A stretch of DNA of 64,000 nt from NCBI GenBank assembly GCA_043812195.1, contig JBDRML010000029.1, positions 48,263 to 112,262 on the forward strand. Direction: 5' to 3'. Within the stretch, counting starts at the first letter, position 1. Each line of letters begins with the position of its first letter. The notes below the pieces were generated by a model that was not told where the DNA came from, made no database searches, and saw nothing but the letters and a program-made list of their open reading frames with translations. The DNA is from Candidatus Woesearchaeota archaeon (lineage in GTDB: Archaea > Nanobdellota > Nanobdellia > SCGC-AAA011-G17 > PNOQ01). Positions 10,939-21,335 of the stretch are shown piece by piece. The position numbers and the translations under genes are program-made.

Positions 10939-11094
10939 TTTACAAAAAGCAGTTTAGTTTCATTTATAAAATTTCTTAATATAATTTAAATACTATCTTT
11001 TCCTGATATTCTAGTTCTTGTGGGATTTCATATGACATTTTAGGGACCTCCACTAGATTTTAAAAAAAGTAAGTTTTAAAAATAAACTAATAAA

Positions 11095-11997
11095 TTGGTT
11101 AATATGCATAAACTTACAAGGGGAAAAAGAATTCTATGTGTTTGCGCAGTGGGAACAAACAGAAGTAGATATCTCGCTAGTTACTTAAAAAAGAAAGGAT
11201 ATTCAACTAAATTCGGTGGTGTTGATTATAGAGAAGAAGGATATTATAATCCATTAAAACAAGAGGATGTAGATTGGGCTAACACAATAATTATTACTAG
11301 AAAGAGATTGAAACCAATATTTGATAAAAAATTCAAATTTAAGAACAAAAGAGTAATTGTTTTGGATGTTACTGATTCAAAGAGGTTGATACCTGAGAAA
11401 CTTGCTCATTTGAGAGATCTAGATTTTGAAACATTTCAAAAAAAGTGGACAAGACCCCAATTAAGGAAGGCTATTAAAAAGTACTTGCAAAATACTAAGG
11501 GATATTTTATAATTTTAAGAGGTCCACTTGGAATTGGAAAAACTACAGTGGCAAAAGAGTTAGTAAAGATTTTAAAAGCTGGATATGTTTCAATAGATAA
11601 GGTTCTTGAAAAATACAAATTGGATAGGGTTAAAGGTAGCAAGGGAATACCATTAAAAAATTTTATTAAAGGAGATAAAATAGTTATCCAGAAAGTAAAA
11701 AATAAATTAAAAAGGAGTAAGATAATAATAATTGATGGCTGCTTTTATCATAAAGAGCAAATTAAAAATTTAATTGAAAATCTACCATTCCCTTATTATG
11801 TGTTTACTCTCAAAGCGTCCTTAAAAACTTGTATAGAAAGAGATAGGGAAAGGAAAGAAGCATATGGTATAGATGCAACTAATGCTGTCTATAAGATGGT
11901 ATCAAAGTTTGACTATGGAGAAGTAATAGATACAGAAAATAAAAATGTTAATAAAACCGTAAATAAGATTCTTTCTTATTTGCCTAATGACCTATAA
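11095..11997 (+). CDS. fusion of a low-molecular-weight phosphatase-like domain (CX5R) and a P-loop nucleotide kinase (likely ATG start 11104)
   Basis: RILCVCAVGTNRS...DWANTII in the N-half; ILRGPLGIGKTT...IIIDG...CIERDRER in the C-half. Confidence 0.75.
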   Translation: MVNMHKLTRGKRILCVCAVGTNRSRYLASYLKKKGYSTKFGGVDYREEGYYNPLKQEDVDWANTIIITRKRLKPIFDKKFKFKNKRVIVLDVTDSKRLIPEKLAHLRDLDFETFQKKWTRPQLRKAIKKYLQNTKGYFIILRGPLGIGKTTVAKELVKILKAGYVSIDKVLEKYKLDRVKGSKGIPLKNFIKGDKIVIQKVKNKLKRSKIIIIDGCFYHKEQIKNLIENLPFPYYVFTLKASLKTCIERDRERKEAYGIDATNAVYKMVSKFDYGEVIDTENKNVNKTVNKILSYLPNDL

Positions 11998-12000
11998 AAG

Positions 12001-12933
12001 ATGAAACTTAAAACAAATCAAATCAAAATAATTTGTAATAAACTTAAATGTGACTTAATTAGCGGGCGTTTGCTGGCTCGCGGAAGCCATAATGAAAGTT
12101 ATTTAATTAAAACGAAAAAGAAGAATTACATACTTAAAGTAGAGAATAATCCAGGTTACGTTAAGAGAGAATACAAGATGCTTGCTGGTTTAAAAGAAGG
12201 TCTTGCTCCAAAAGTTTATTTCTTTGATTCTTCTAGGAAGATAATACCAAAGCCATATCTAATTGAAGAATTTTTAAAAGGAAAAAATCCACCAAAGAAA
12301 GCAAATAAAGGTTTTATAATTCAAATGGCGAAATGGTATAAAAAGCTTCATTCAATCAAATCCTTAAAAATACCCAATGATGAGAAGAAAAGAATATATT
12401 CATTATTCTACTGGTTTGAATCAAATTATAAAAAATTTGAAAAAAATAAAACCATGTTGGATAAAAAATTAGGCAAAGAAATATCTGATAAATTTAAACG
12501 AGCTTTGGAAATTTGTAAACAAAATGATAAAATATTTTCAAACATAATTAATTTCTCATTAAATCACAATGATCCCTCTAAAGAAAATGTATTTATTAAT
12601 AAAAAAAAGATTAGACTGATAGATTGGGAATTTTCTGGATTTGGAATTCCAGAAAGAGATATTCTCACTTTTTTTAGGCAATATAAACTAAATAAGAATC
12701 AGAAGAATCTATTCCTTAAATCCTACAAATATCCAACCAAGAGCATTAAAAAGCTTAATGTGTTATTCTTAATACTATTAGCTTCAGATATTAATTATCT
12801 GATAAACCGCTTAAATTCTGTAAAAGAAGGAAAAATTAGTTCTAAACAGCAAAACACAAATGAAAGTTCCCTAAATAAAAGGATTTTGGAGATTTTTTGT
12901 ATGTTTAAGATAGCTTTAAAAGAAATTGATTAG
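12001..12933 (+). CDS. aminoglycoside phosphotransferase / choline kinase family protein
   Basis: GSHNESY, YILK, HNDPSKENV and LIDWEFSG motifs. Confidence 0.8.
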   Translation: MKLKTNQIKIICNKLKCDLISGRLLARGSHNESYLIKTKKKNYILKVENNPGYVKREYKMLAGLKEGLAPKVYFFDSSRKIIPKPYLIEEFLKGKNPPKKANKGFIIQMAKWYKKLHSIKSLKIPNDEKKRIYSLFYWFESNYKKFEKNKTMLDKKLGKEISDKFKRALEICKQNDKIFSNIINFSLNHNDPSKENVFINKKKIRLIDWEFSGFGIPERDILTFFRQYKLNKNQKNLFLKSYKYPTKSIKKLNVLFLILLASDINYLINRLNSVKEGKISSKQQNTNESSLNKRILEIFCMFKIALKEID

Positions 12934-13062
12934 TGTTATCAATAATCTTCGGAACTATTATCCAATTTTCTTATAATGCAAGTTTCCCCCTTTACATTAC
13001 GCATTTAAATACAAAAAAATAAGCAAAAACTTTATAAACAATTCCAATTCTCAAATTCTGTA

Positions 13063-16000
13063 ATGGCAGAAAAATCAGTAGAACAAATAAAAAAAGTAAT
13101 GAATAACCCAAGCCATATAAGAAACATCGCTATCGCAGCCCATATCGATTTTTTTTGAGATAAATTCTCAAAAGACGAGTGCATGGGAAATGCATAGCAC
13201 CAGATTCAAGGCTCATTCTAAGAGATGGAACTATGTTAACTGCTAAAAAATTATTTAACTTAGCAGAGAAAAAAGGAACAAAATTTGAAGAAACGAAAGA
13301 CCATATAATTTATGATACTAACTCATTAAATTTAGAAGCATTTTCCCTAAACAAAACTAATGGAAAATTAGAAAAAAAACCAATACAACTAGCCTGGAAA
13401 TTAAAAGGTGGGGACTTAATAAATATTAAATTAAGAAACAATTTCAACATTTCCACAACACCAGAACACAAATATTTAGTCTTAGAAAATTTAGAGTTTA
13501 CAGAAAAAGAAGCTAAAGATATAAAATTAGGAGATAGAATAATCTGCCCAAGAAAGCTTGAAACTAATTCAAATATTAACATAAAACGCACAATTCTACT
13601 AAAATTAGCTGAAAAAAGATTTTACGTTAAAGTAAACAAAATCTTAGGAGAAAAAATAAAAAAATTCGTTCTGAAAGAAAAAGAAACAATAAAAAAAATA
13701 AACAAAGAAATAAAGTATAAATCATTTTATCATGGTTCATGGCAAAATAGATATTTATTAAAAGACTTAATAGAAATTTCAAGTTTAATAAATATAAACT
13801 TGGAGTATTTGTATAACAATATAGAAACAATAATTTATAGAAGCGGAGCTCAAAGAGGAAAAAGCTCGCTGCCAACAAAATTACCACAAAACTTTCAAAA
13901 CTTTTATTATCTAGCAGGATTGTTTGTAGGAGATGGACATCATAAAAAATTCATAGTCGGAAAAAATGAGTTAAAATCTAAATTTGTAGAAATTTGCAAT
14001 GAATTAGGAATAAATGTAACATATAGAAATTATGAATACAGAACAGAAGAAATAGTAACAAACGCTACCTTATTAGAAATATTAAACTCATTATTTGATT
14101 ATCCAAAAGTCAAAAAAAGCCATAATGTAAAAATATCAGAATTTCTTCTACTATCTCCAAAAAAATATTCTTCAAAATTCTTAAGAGGATACTTCGATAC
14201 TGATGGATGTGTAGAAAAAAGCAGAAGAGCAGTAACAATATCGTCTGCCAGTGATAAAATGATAGCAGATTTAAGTATGTTTTTATTAAGATTCGGTTGC
14301 ATACCAATCATAGAAAAAGACAACACAATAACAATTAGTGGACAATCCATGATAAATTTTATAGCAGAAATAGGATTTGAAATTAAAGCAAAAATAGCCA
14401 AAGCAAACTCCATAAAACAAACAATAATCGGAAGCATGGTTTCAGATGTTATACCAGTAACACATAGTAACGGAATGATTTCACTACAAAAAAACTTCAC
14501 CAATTCAGAAAAATTAATTAATTTTTGTGAAAAAAATGATATCAGCATAGAAAATATAAGTAAAATATTAAGTAAAGATATCTCATACATAGAAGTAAAA
14601 GCTATAGAAACAAAAAATGAAGAATTTGTATATGACTTCACAGTAAAAGACAACCATAACTTTGCTGCAGAAGGTATGATTATTCATAATACCACATTTT
14701 CAGACAATCTTTTAGCAGGTGCAGGCATGATTTCTAAAGAACTAGCAGGTAAACAATTAGCCTTAGATTTTCACGAAGATGAGGCAACAAGAGGTATTAC
14801 AATAGATTCAGCTAGCGTATCTATGCTTCACACAGTAAAGGGAGAAGATTACTTAATCAATTTAATAGACACACCAGGTCACGTAGATTTTGGTGGAGAT
14901 GTTACTAGGGCTATGAGAGCAGTTGACGGTGCAATTGTATTAGTAGATGCAGTTGAAGGAATAATGCCTCAAACAGAAACAGTTCTAAAACAAGCTCTAA
15001 GAGAAATGGTAAAACCAGTTCTTTTCATAAATAAAGTTGACCGTTTAATCAAAGAAGTTAAACTAACACCACAAGCAATGCAAGAAAGATTCATTAAAAT
15101 TATATCAGACGCTAATGGGTTCATTGAAACTTTTGCACCAGACGAATTCAAAAAGAAATGGCAATCAAACGTACAAGACGGAAGCGTAGCTTTTGGTTCA
15201 GCATTTCATAATTGGGCATTAAGTTTCCCATACATGCAAGAAAAAGGAATAAGCTTCAAAGATATTATAGATGCTTATGAAAAAGAAGATTGGAAAATTT
15301 TAGCAAAGAAAGCACCATTACATGAGGTTGTTTTGGGTATGATAATTAAACACCACGTAAATCCAATCACAGCACAAGCATACAGAATTCCAAAAATATG
15401 GAAAGGAGATTTAGATACAGAAATAGGAAAATCTTTATTAAATTGTGATCCAAAAGGACCTGTAGCATTTATAGTAACAAAAATAGTAATAGATAAACAT
15501 GCAGGAGAAGTATCTGCAGGAAGATTATTCTCAGGAACATTAAAACAAGGTGATGAAGTTTGGCTTAACATGGGTAAAAAGAAAGTTAGGTTACAACAGG
15601 TATCAATTTACAAAGGCGCACAAAGAACTGCTTTTAATGAAATTCCAGCAGGAAACATAGCAGGTTTAGTAGGATTAAAAGATACATTCGCAGGTGAAAC
15701 TATATCTTCAGAACCAATGGAACCTTTCGAAGCAATTAAACATATCTTTGAACCTGTAATCACAAAATCCATAGAAGCTAAAAAAGCATCAGACTTAGCA
15801 AAATTAATTGATGTTTTAAAACAAGTTGGAAAAGAAGATCCAAGTATCAAAATAGAAATCAATGAAGAAACTGGAGAAAATTTGATGCATGGTATGGGAG
15901 AATTACATTTAGAGATTATAGAAAACAGAATTAAATCTGAAAAAGGTTTAGATGTAACAACTTCAGAACCAATCGTTGTTTACAGAGAAACAGTTTCAAA

Positions 16001-16760
16001 AGTAAGTGCAGAAAAAGAAGGTAAAAGTCCAAATAAGCATAATAAATTCTATATGGTTGTAGAACCTCTAGAAGATAGTGTGTATGATGCAATAAAAGCA
16101 GGAGATTTACCAGAAGGTAGAATAAAGAAAAAAGATACAGAAACTATTCAAAAATTAGTGAAATTAGGATATGATGCCAAAGAAGCTAAAAATGTAAGAC
16201 AAATTTACAAAGGAAACATGCTAATTGACAACACAAGAGGTATTGTTCATATCGGAGAAGTTATAGAAATGATTATGGATGCTTATCAACAAGTTATAGA
16301 CGCAGGTCCTATTTGTAGAGAACCTTGTGGAAAACTAAAAGTAAGAATTATGGATATGAGACTACACGAAGATGCAATTCATAGAGGTCCAGCACAAGTT
16401 TATCCTGCTATCAGAGAATCAATAAAAGAAGCAATGGCAGATGCTAAATCTCACTTACTAGAACCTATTCAAATTGTACAAATAGAAAGTCCAGCAGAAT
16501 ATTTAGGAGAACTATCAGCATTAGTTCAAAATAAAAGAGGACAACTATTAAATGTAGATCAAGAAGGTGAACACATTACTGTAAAAGCAAAATTACCAGT
16601 AGCAGAAATGTTCGGCCTAGCATCAGATTTAAGATCAACAACATCCGGAAGAGGAGTATACTTCATAGTAGATCAAATGTATGAGAAATTACCAGAAACT
16701 CTACAAGAAAAAATCAGAAAACAAATAAGATCAAGAAAAGGTTTAAGTGAAAACGCTTAA
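13063..16760 (+). CDS. fusA: elongation factor aEF-2, join(13063..13149,13182..16760), with a predicted 32-nt BHB intron and an intein; mature protein ~721 aa
   Basis: Exon 1 MAEKSVEQIKKVMNNPSHIRNIAIAAHID joins HGK-[intein]-TTFSD. Also RGITI, DTPGHVDFG, NKVD and the diphthamide loop HEDAIHRGPAQ. Confidence 0.93.
13150..13181 (+). other. predicted BHB mRNA intron (32 nt) in the EF-2 G1 motif
   Basis: Outer helix CCCAT/ATGGG, central helix ATCG/CGAG (3 of 4 pairs), bulges AT|T and TG|C, inner 10-bp stem TTTTTTGAGA/TCTCAAAAGA. Removal restores D|H in frame; the unspliced frame hits TGA. Confidence 0.82.
13191..14690 (+). mobile_element. intein (500 aa) with LAGLIDADG homing endonuclease in the EF-2 P-loop (HGK/T)
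   Basis: Starts CIAPDS, block B TTPEHK, LAGLFVGDG and FLRGYFDTDG, ends VYDFTV..NHNF...IIHN followed by Thr. Confidence 0.95.
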
Positions 16761-17164
16761 TTTTCTTCTTTTTCTTCAGCAACTTTATTTTCTAAACCAT
16801 TAGTTTTTTTATTATTCCAATGATTTGGTAAATTTGTAAATATATTACTATGGTCATCTTTATAATTCTTTAATGTAGCAAATGCACCAACACCAGCAAT
16901 AGCTCCAAAAATCTCTGGTAAAAGAAGATTATATGCCTTATTTAACACAGGAATATTCCTTAATCCAGGCATTTGACTAAGAATCGCTAAACCAGCCCTA
17001 ACACCAAGTATTATACCATCAAGCTCCAAAGCTTCATTTAAATTAGGATCAGCCCCCACAACAGCTCTTAAAAGCAAACTACTACCATAACCAGGCACAA
17101 ATGCCCCAAAAAGAGTCATTGAACTATAACCTAAAACAGCCAATCCTTGTTTCACATATTTCAT
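16757..17164 (-). CDS. hypothetical membrane protein
   Basis: 135-aa ORF with hydrophobic segments. Confidence 0.55.
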   Translation of the reverse strand: MKYVKQGLAVLGYSSMTLFGAFVPGYGSSLLLRAVVGADPNLNEALELDGIILGVRAGLAILSQMPGLRNIPVLNKAYNLLLPEIFGAIAGVGAFATLKNYKDDHSNIFTNLPNHWNNKKTNGLENKVAEEKEEN

Positions 17165-17279
17165 TTTAACTCGACTATGAGAATATACAAAATCTTATAA
17201 AGCATTCTAAAACACAAACAAAACATTTATAAACCCCCTAATTGTTCAAAATCTGTTATAATCAAGAGGAGGATTACAA

Positions 17280-18566
17280 ATGGCTAAAGAAAAACCACAC
17301 ATAAATATTGTATTTGTAGGTCACGTAGATCACGGTAAGTCTACTACAGTAGGTAGACTAATGTATGACTCTGGAAATCTACCAGAACAGGAACTTAGAA
17401 AATTAAAAGAGAAAGCTCAAGAGTTAGGAAAAGCAGGTTTCGAATTTGCTTTTGTTATGGATAACTTAAAAGAAGAAAGAGAAAGAGGAGTTACAATTGA
17501 CTTATCTCACAAAAAATTCAATACTCAAAAATTTGAATACACAATTATAGATGCTCCTGGACACAGAGACTTTGTTAAGAACATGATTACTGGAGCAAGT
17601 CAAGCAGACGTAGCTTTCTTAGTTATTGCAGCTGGTGAGGGTATTATGGCCCAAACTAAAGAACACTTAATTCTTTGTAAAACAATGGGAATTAATCAAA
17701 TCGCTATTGCAGTTAATAAGATGGATACTGTTAATTATGCTGAAGATAAATTTAACGCTGTTAAAGTAGAAATCTCAAAGTTTTTAACACCTATGGGATA
17801 TAATCCTGCTGAAACACCTTTCTTAGCAATTAGTGCTCTTAAAGGAGATAACATTGCTAAAAAATCTGAAAATATGTCTTGGTATAAAGGTCCAACAATA
17901 CTTGAACAATTAGATTTATTCAAAGAACCTGAAAAACCAACAAATTTACCATTAAGACTACCTATTCAAGATGTTTATAACATCCCAGGTATTGGAACAG
18001 TACCAGTAGGAAAAGTAGAAACAGGTGTAATGAAAGTAGGACAAAAAGTAATTGTTATTCCTGCAAGAGAAGGTAAAGGTGTTACAGGCGAAGTTAAGAC
18101 TATAGAAATGCATCATGAACAAATGCAAGAAGCTATACCTGGAGACAACGTTGGTTTCAGTGTAAGAGGAATTGGTAAGAAAGACATTGCAAGAGGAGAT
18201 GTTCTTGGAGATGTTAACAATCCACCTACACTAGTAAGTGAATTTACAGCACAGATATTTCTCATGGACCATCCAAGTGTTATGACAGTAGGATACACAC
18301 CAGTATTTCACATACACACAGCACAGGTAGCATGTCAAATAACTAAGTTAATAAAAAAGATTAACCCAGCAACAGGTGAAACAATAGAAGAAAATCCAGA
18401 TATGTTAAAAAATGGAGAAGCAGCTATTGTTCAAGTTAAACCATCTAAACCTTTAGTAATTGAAAAGAAATCAGACATTCCACAAATGTCAAGATTTGCC
18501 ATTAGGGATGCTGGATCAACAGTTGCAGCTGGAACCTGTATTGACTTAATAAAGAAGACACTTTAA
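17280..18566 (+). CDS. tuf: elongation factor aEF-1alpha
   Basis: [30 protein letters not shown]; SD-like GGAGG upstream. Confidence 0.98.
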   Translation: MAKEKPHINIVFVGHVDHGKSTTVGRLMYDSGNLPEQELRKLKEKAQELGKAGFEFAFVMDNLKEERERGVTIDLSHKKFNTQKFEYTIIDAPGHRDFVKNMITGASQADVAFLVIAAGEGIMAQTKEHLILCKTMGINQIAIAVNKMDTVNYAEDKFNAVKVEISKFLTPMGYNPAETPFLAISALKGDNIAKKSENMSWYKGPTILEQLDLFKEPEKPTNLPLRLPIQDVYNIPGIGTVPVGKVETGVMKVGQKVIVIPAREGKGVTGEVKTIEMHHEQMQEAIPGDNVGFSVRGIGKKDIARGDVLGDVNNPPTLVSEFTAQIFLMDHPSVMTVGYTPVFHIHTAQVACQITKLIKKINPATGETIEENPDMLKNGEAAIVQVKPSKPLVIEKKSDIPQMSRFAIRDAGSTVAAGTCIDLIKKTL

Positions 18567-18568
18567 AT

Positions 18569-19237
18569 TTAATCTATTTCTTTTATTTTTTTATTTATTT
18601 TATCTCTGTATAAATATATTAATACACTTAATATAGACACAGCTAATATTAAAACAAAAACCTGTGTAAAATTATAATGTGAAACACCTGCTCCTATTAA
18701 AGTTGCTATTAATATGCTCGGAAATCTTCCCAAAATAAGTACAAATAAAAATGGACCTAATCTAATTCCAGATGCTCCAGCCAAAAAAACAATAATATCA
18801 GAAGGAGTTATAGGTATAGCAAATATAATAAATAAAAATAATAATTTCTTTCTTGCCGGAAAGTTCTCAAGCCTTTCAATATTTTCTTTCTTAAATATTT
18901 TAATAAGAAATGGTTTTCCAAATTTTTCTCCTATCTTAAATGCAATATATCCACCGATAATAGTTCCAATTATAGCATAAAGAGTTCCTTCCCAAAATCC
19001 AAATATAAAACCAGCTGCAGTCACAAAAGGCGCACCAGGTATAGGAGCCAATAATATCTGTGCAATAATCATAAAAACCATAGCTATTCCAGCAAAATCT
19101 CCAAATCCTAAAATATGCTCTTTAACAGCATTTAAATTTTGAATAAAAGTTAAGATATTTTCTCTAAAAATAAAACTAAGAAAAACTAAAATTAATAAAA
19201 TAAAAACAACAATAAATGATTTAGTATATTTTTTCAT
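18569..19237 (-). CDS. DedA/VTT (TVP38/TMEM64) family membrane protein
   Basis: APIPG...AAGFIFG.WEG and IPITPSD...AG motifs. Confidence 0.8.
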   Translation of the reverse strand: MKKYTKSFIVVFILLILVFLSFIFRENILTFIQNLNAVKEHILGFGDFAGIAMVFMIIAQILLAPIPGAPFVTAAGFIFGFWEGTLYAIIGTIIGGYIAFKIGEKFGKPFLIKIFKKENIERLENFPARKKLLFLFIIFAIPITPSDIIVFLAGASGIRLGPFLFVLILGRFPSILIATLIGAGVSHYNFTQVFVLILAVSILSVLIYLYRDKINKKIKEID

Positions 19238-19279
19238 TATTCTTTAAATTTAAAAATAAAAGATTATAAACATATCTGT

Positions 19280-20260
19280 TTAATTTGGAACCCTTATTCT
19301 ATAACCTGCTGAAATTCTATTATAATTCTTAATATCTAGATTGACTATTTTAAGTTCATCTACTGGTACATTATGTTTTATACTCACATCATTAAATGTT
19401 TCTTTATTTCCAAGACTATATGGTCTTGTATTCTCAATTTTCTTAGAGAATAATTCTCTTTGTTCATATCCTAATTGATTAGTTTCTATTAATTTCATTA
19501 ATGCACCGGTCTTTGCAATATAATCTCTTAAATGAGAATATCTATTTAATAAAGAATTGCCACTAAGTTTAGTATAAACTCCATCATGATACGTTACAAG
19601 AACTTGCTCCATAGTTGGATTATTATTCCCTCTTTCTTTATATTCTTCCTTTATTTCCATAATATGGTTTCTAAACATTTTTATACTTTCATTAGGCAAA
19701 TATCTTGTATCAAAATCTCTTTCTATTACAGCTCCATTTCTTTTAGCAGTTTCAGCATTAAACTGATACAATCCCTTTGGACCTGTTGGAGATTTAGCTC
19801 TTGGATCGCCCATTGATTCAGCAATAGCCAAAGCATAAGCAAAAGAAGTGTCTATACCAGAAGAGTTTACATAATCCATATAACTTGATAATTTGCTTCT
19901 TGCTTCTGAATATGATTTATATTCAAAATTTTGATCTCCATTACTATTTCTCCTTAAAATCCTATCCGCTCTCCTATCAATAATTCCCTCAAGATCATCA
20001 GATAACTCAAATCCAATTCTTGGAGTTTCAACTTTTACATATTTAGCTTCGTTAGTTAATTCAACAGCTGTACTATCTTCAGCTAAACTATCTAAATTTT
20101 CTCTATTATTAAATGAAGATCCTGTAGAACTTGCAAGTATTAAAGCAAATACAACAGCAGAAGACAAGCTAGCTATACCATTTAATAGGCTTCTTCTATT
20201 TCTCCTTCTTATTAAGTCTCTTCTCATTTTAAATTGAAAACATTTTGTCCAGAACAGCAT
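19280..20260 (-). CDS. secreted or anchored SLT-type lytic transglycosylase with C-terminal LysM domain
   Basis: ALAIAES.G.PRAKSPTGPKGLYQF...TA (SLT motifs I/II), C-terminal LysM-like GNKETFNDVSIKHNVPVDELKIVN...ISAGYRIRVP, N-terminal hydrophobic segment. Confidence 0.75.
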   Translation of the reverse strand: MLFWTKCFQFKMRRDLIRRRNRRSLLNGIASLSSAVVFALILASSTGSSFNNRENLDSLAEDSTAVELTNEAKYVKVETPRIGFELSDDLEGIIDRRADRILRRNSNGDQNFEYKSYSEARSKLSSYMDYVNSSGIDTSFAYALAIAESMGDPRAKSPTGPKGLYQFNAETAKRNGAVIERDFDTRYLPNESIKMFRNHIMEIKEEYKERGNNNPTMEQVLVTYHDGVYTKLSGNSLLNRYSHLRDYIAKTGALMKLIETNQLGYEQRELFSKKIENTRPYSLGNKETFNDVSIKHNVPVDELKIVNLDIKNYNRISAGYRIRVPN

Positions 20261-20457
20261 ATTTATATAAATTTCGATGCTATAGTGTATTTTTTGCCCC
20301 TATTTTAAAAGATGTATTTTTTTATAACAACTTATTTATAAATCTTTCTATTTGTTATTACTAATTAGAAGTTATAGAAACTAAAAACAACTCTTTAAAG
20401 AACCAGCAGAGAGCAGCAGAAACCTTTATAAATAGCCTATTCACCACAACTATTTAA

Positions 20458-20769
20458 ATGCAAAAAGCAAGAATAAATTTATCAAGTATAAATATAGGAA
20501 AACTAAATCAAATCTGCGAATCTATTAAAGATATCGCTGAAAAAACTAAAGTTGTATTAAAGGGTCCTATTCCTTTACCAACTAAAAAATTAAAACACAC
20601 AGTAAGAAAATCTCCAGATGGAGAAGGTAAAGCTTCTTGGGAAAACTATGAATTAAGAATCCATAAAAGATTAATAGATTTAGGTGTAGATGACAGAGCT
20701 TTAAGACTAATTATGAGAGTTCCAATCCCAGAAGGTGTAGATATAGAAATTGAACTTTTAGAAGAATAA
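20458..20769 (+). CDS. rps10: 30S ribosomal protein S10 (uS10)
   Basis: GPIPLPTK, RKSPDGEG, LRIHKRLID. Confidence 0.97.
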   Translation: MQKARINLSSINIGKLNQICESIKDIAEKTKVVLKGPIPLPTKKLKHTVRKSPDGEGKASWENYELRIHKRLIDLGVDDRALRLIMRVPIPEGVDIEIELLEE

Positions 20770-20834
20770 AATATAAAAGCTTAAAAAGAACAAATATCCT
20801 ATAATATCATATCAAACTTAAAAAGGAGGCAAAA

Positions 20835-21335
20835 ATGGGAAGATTAAAAAGACCTGAAAAAGGAATTACAGGAGCAATAACACACCCAGTAAGAACTCTA
20901 AAAAAATTAACTACATATGCATTAATAGGATATGGTGTATATTGTTTTGGTGGAGGAGCAGTTTCTACCTTAACAAAACCAGAAGCAGACAGAAAATTTT
21001 CAACATATGTTGGAGAAGTAATTAAAAGAGCAGATGATCCAATTATTCTTTATGGAAATATTGCTAGAGAAGTAAGTGAATTTAGAGAAGGTTATAACAA
21101 GAGTATGGAAGAATCAGATTATAAAAAAATACATAAAGAAGTTATTGAAAATTTAGAAAAATTAAGAGATGCAACAAAAAATAAAAAACTTAAAGATACG
21201 TATCAAAGACAGATAGATGAAATCGAAAAAATTACACCTGAAGAAAGAGCAAAATTAATAAGAATGTTTGAAGCAATAGGTGAGGGGTTCGAAAGTGCAG
21301 GAAATAAAGGAAAAACTGAAGAGACTTCACAATAA
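20835..21335 (+). CDS. hypothetical membrane-anchored protein
   Basis: ORF with SD GGAGG, one hydrophobic segment and a helical C-terminus. Confidence 0.6.
   Translation: MGRLKRPEKGITGAITHPVRTLKKLTTYALIGYGVYCFGGGAVSTLTKPEADRKFSTYVGEVIKRADDPIILYGNIAREVSEFREGYNKSMEESDYKKIHKEVIENLEKLRDATKNKKLKDTYQRQIDEIEKITPEERAKLIRMFEAIGEGFESAGNKGKTEETSQ

Noticed and set aside
10984-13012. ATTTAAATAC direct repeat around the kinase/APH pair
   Set aside because: A 10-bp AT-only-like match is expected by chance at this base composition.
13148-13160. Programmed frameshift or homopolymer error at the T-run as the explanation for the EF-2 break
   Set aside because: Seven T gives TGA, eight gives TAA, and six stays out of frame. 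Any read-through would also insert about 10 residues into the P-loop.
13179-13181. GTG start of the 1193-aa EF-2 ORF in the track
   Set aside because: It would delete the N-terminal half of the G1 motif. The upstream exon from ATG 13063 encodes it, and the GTG lies inside the predicted intron.
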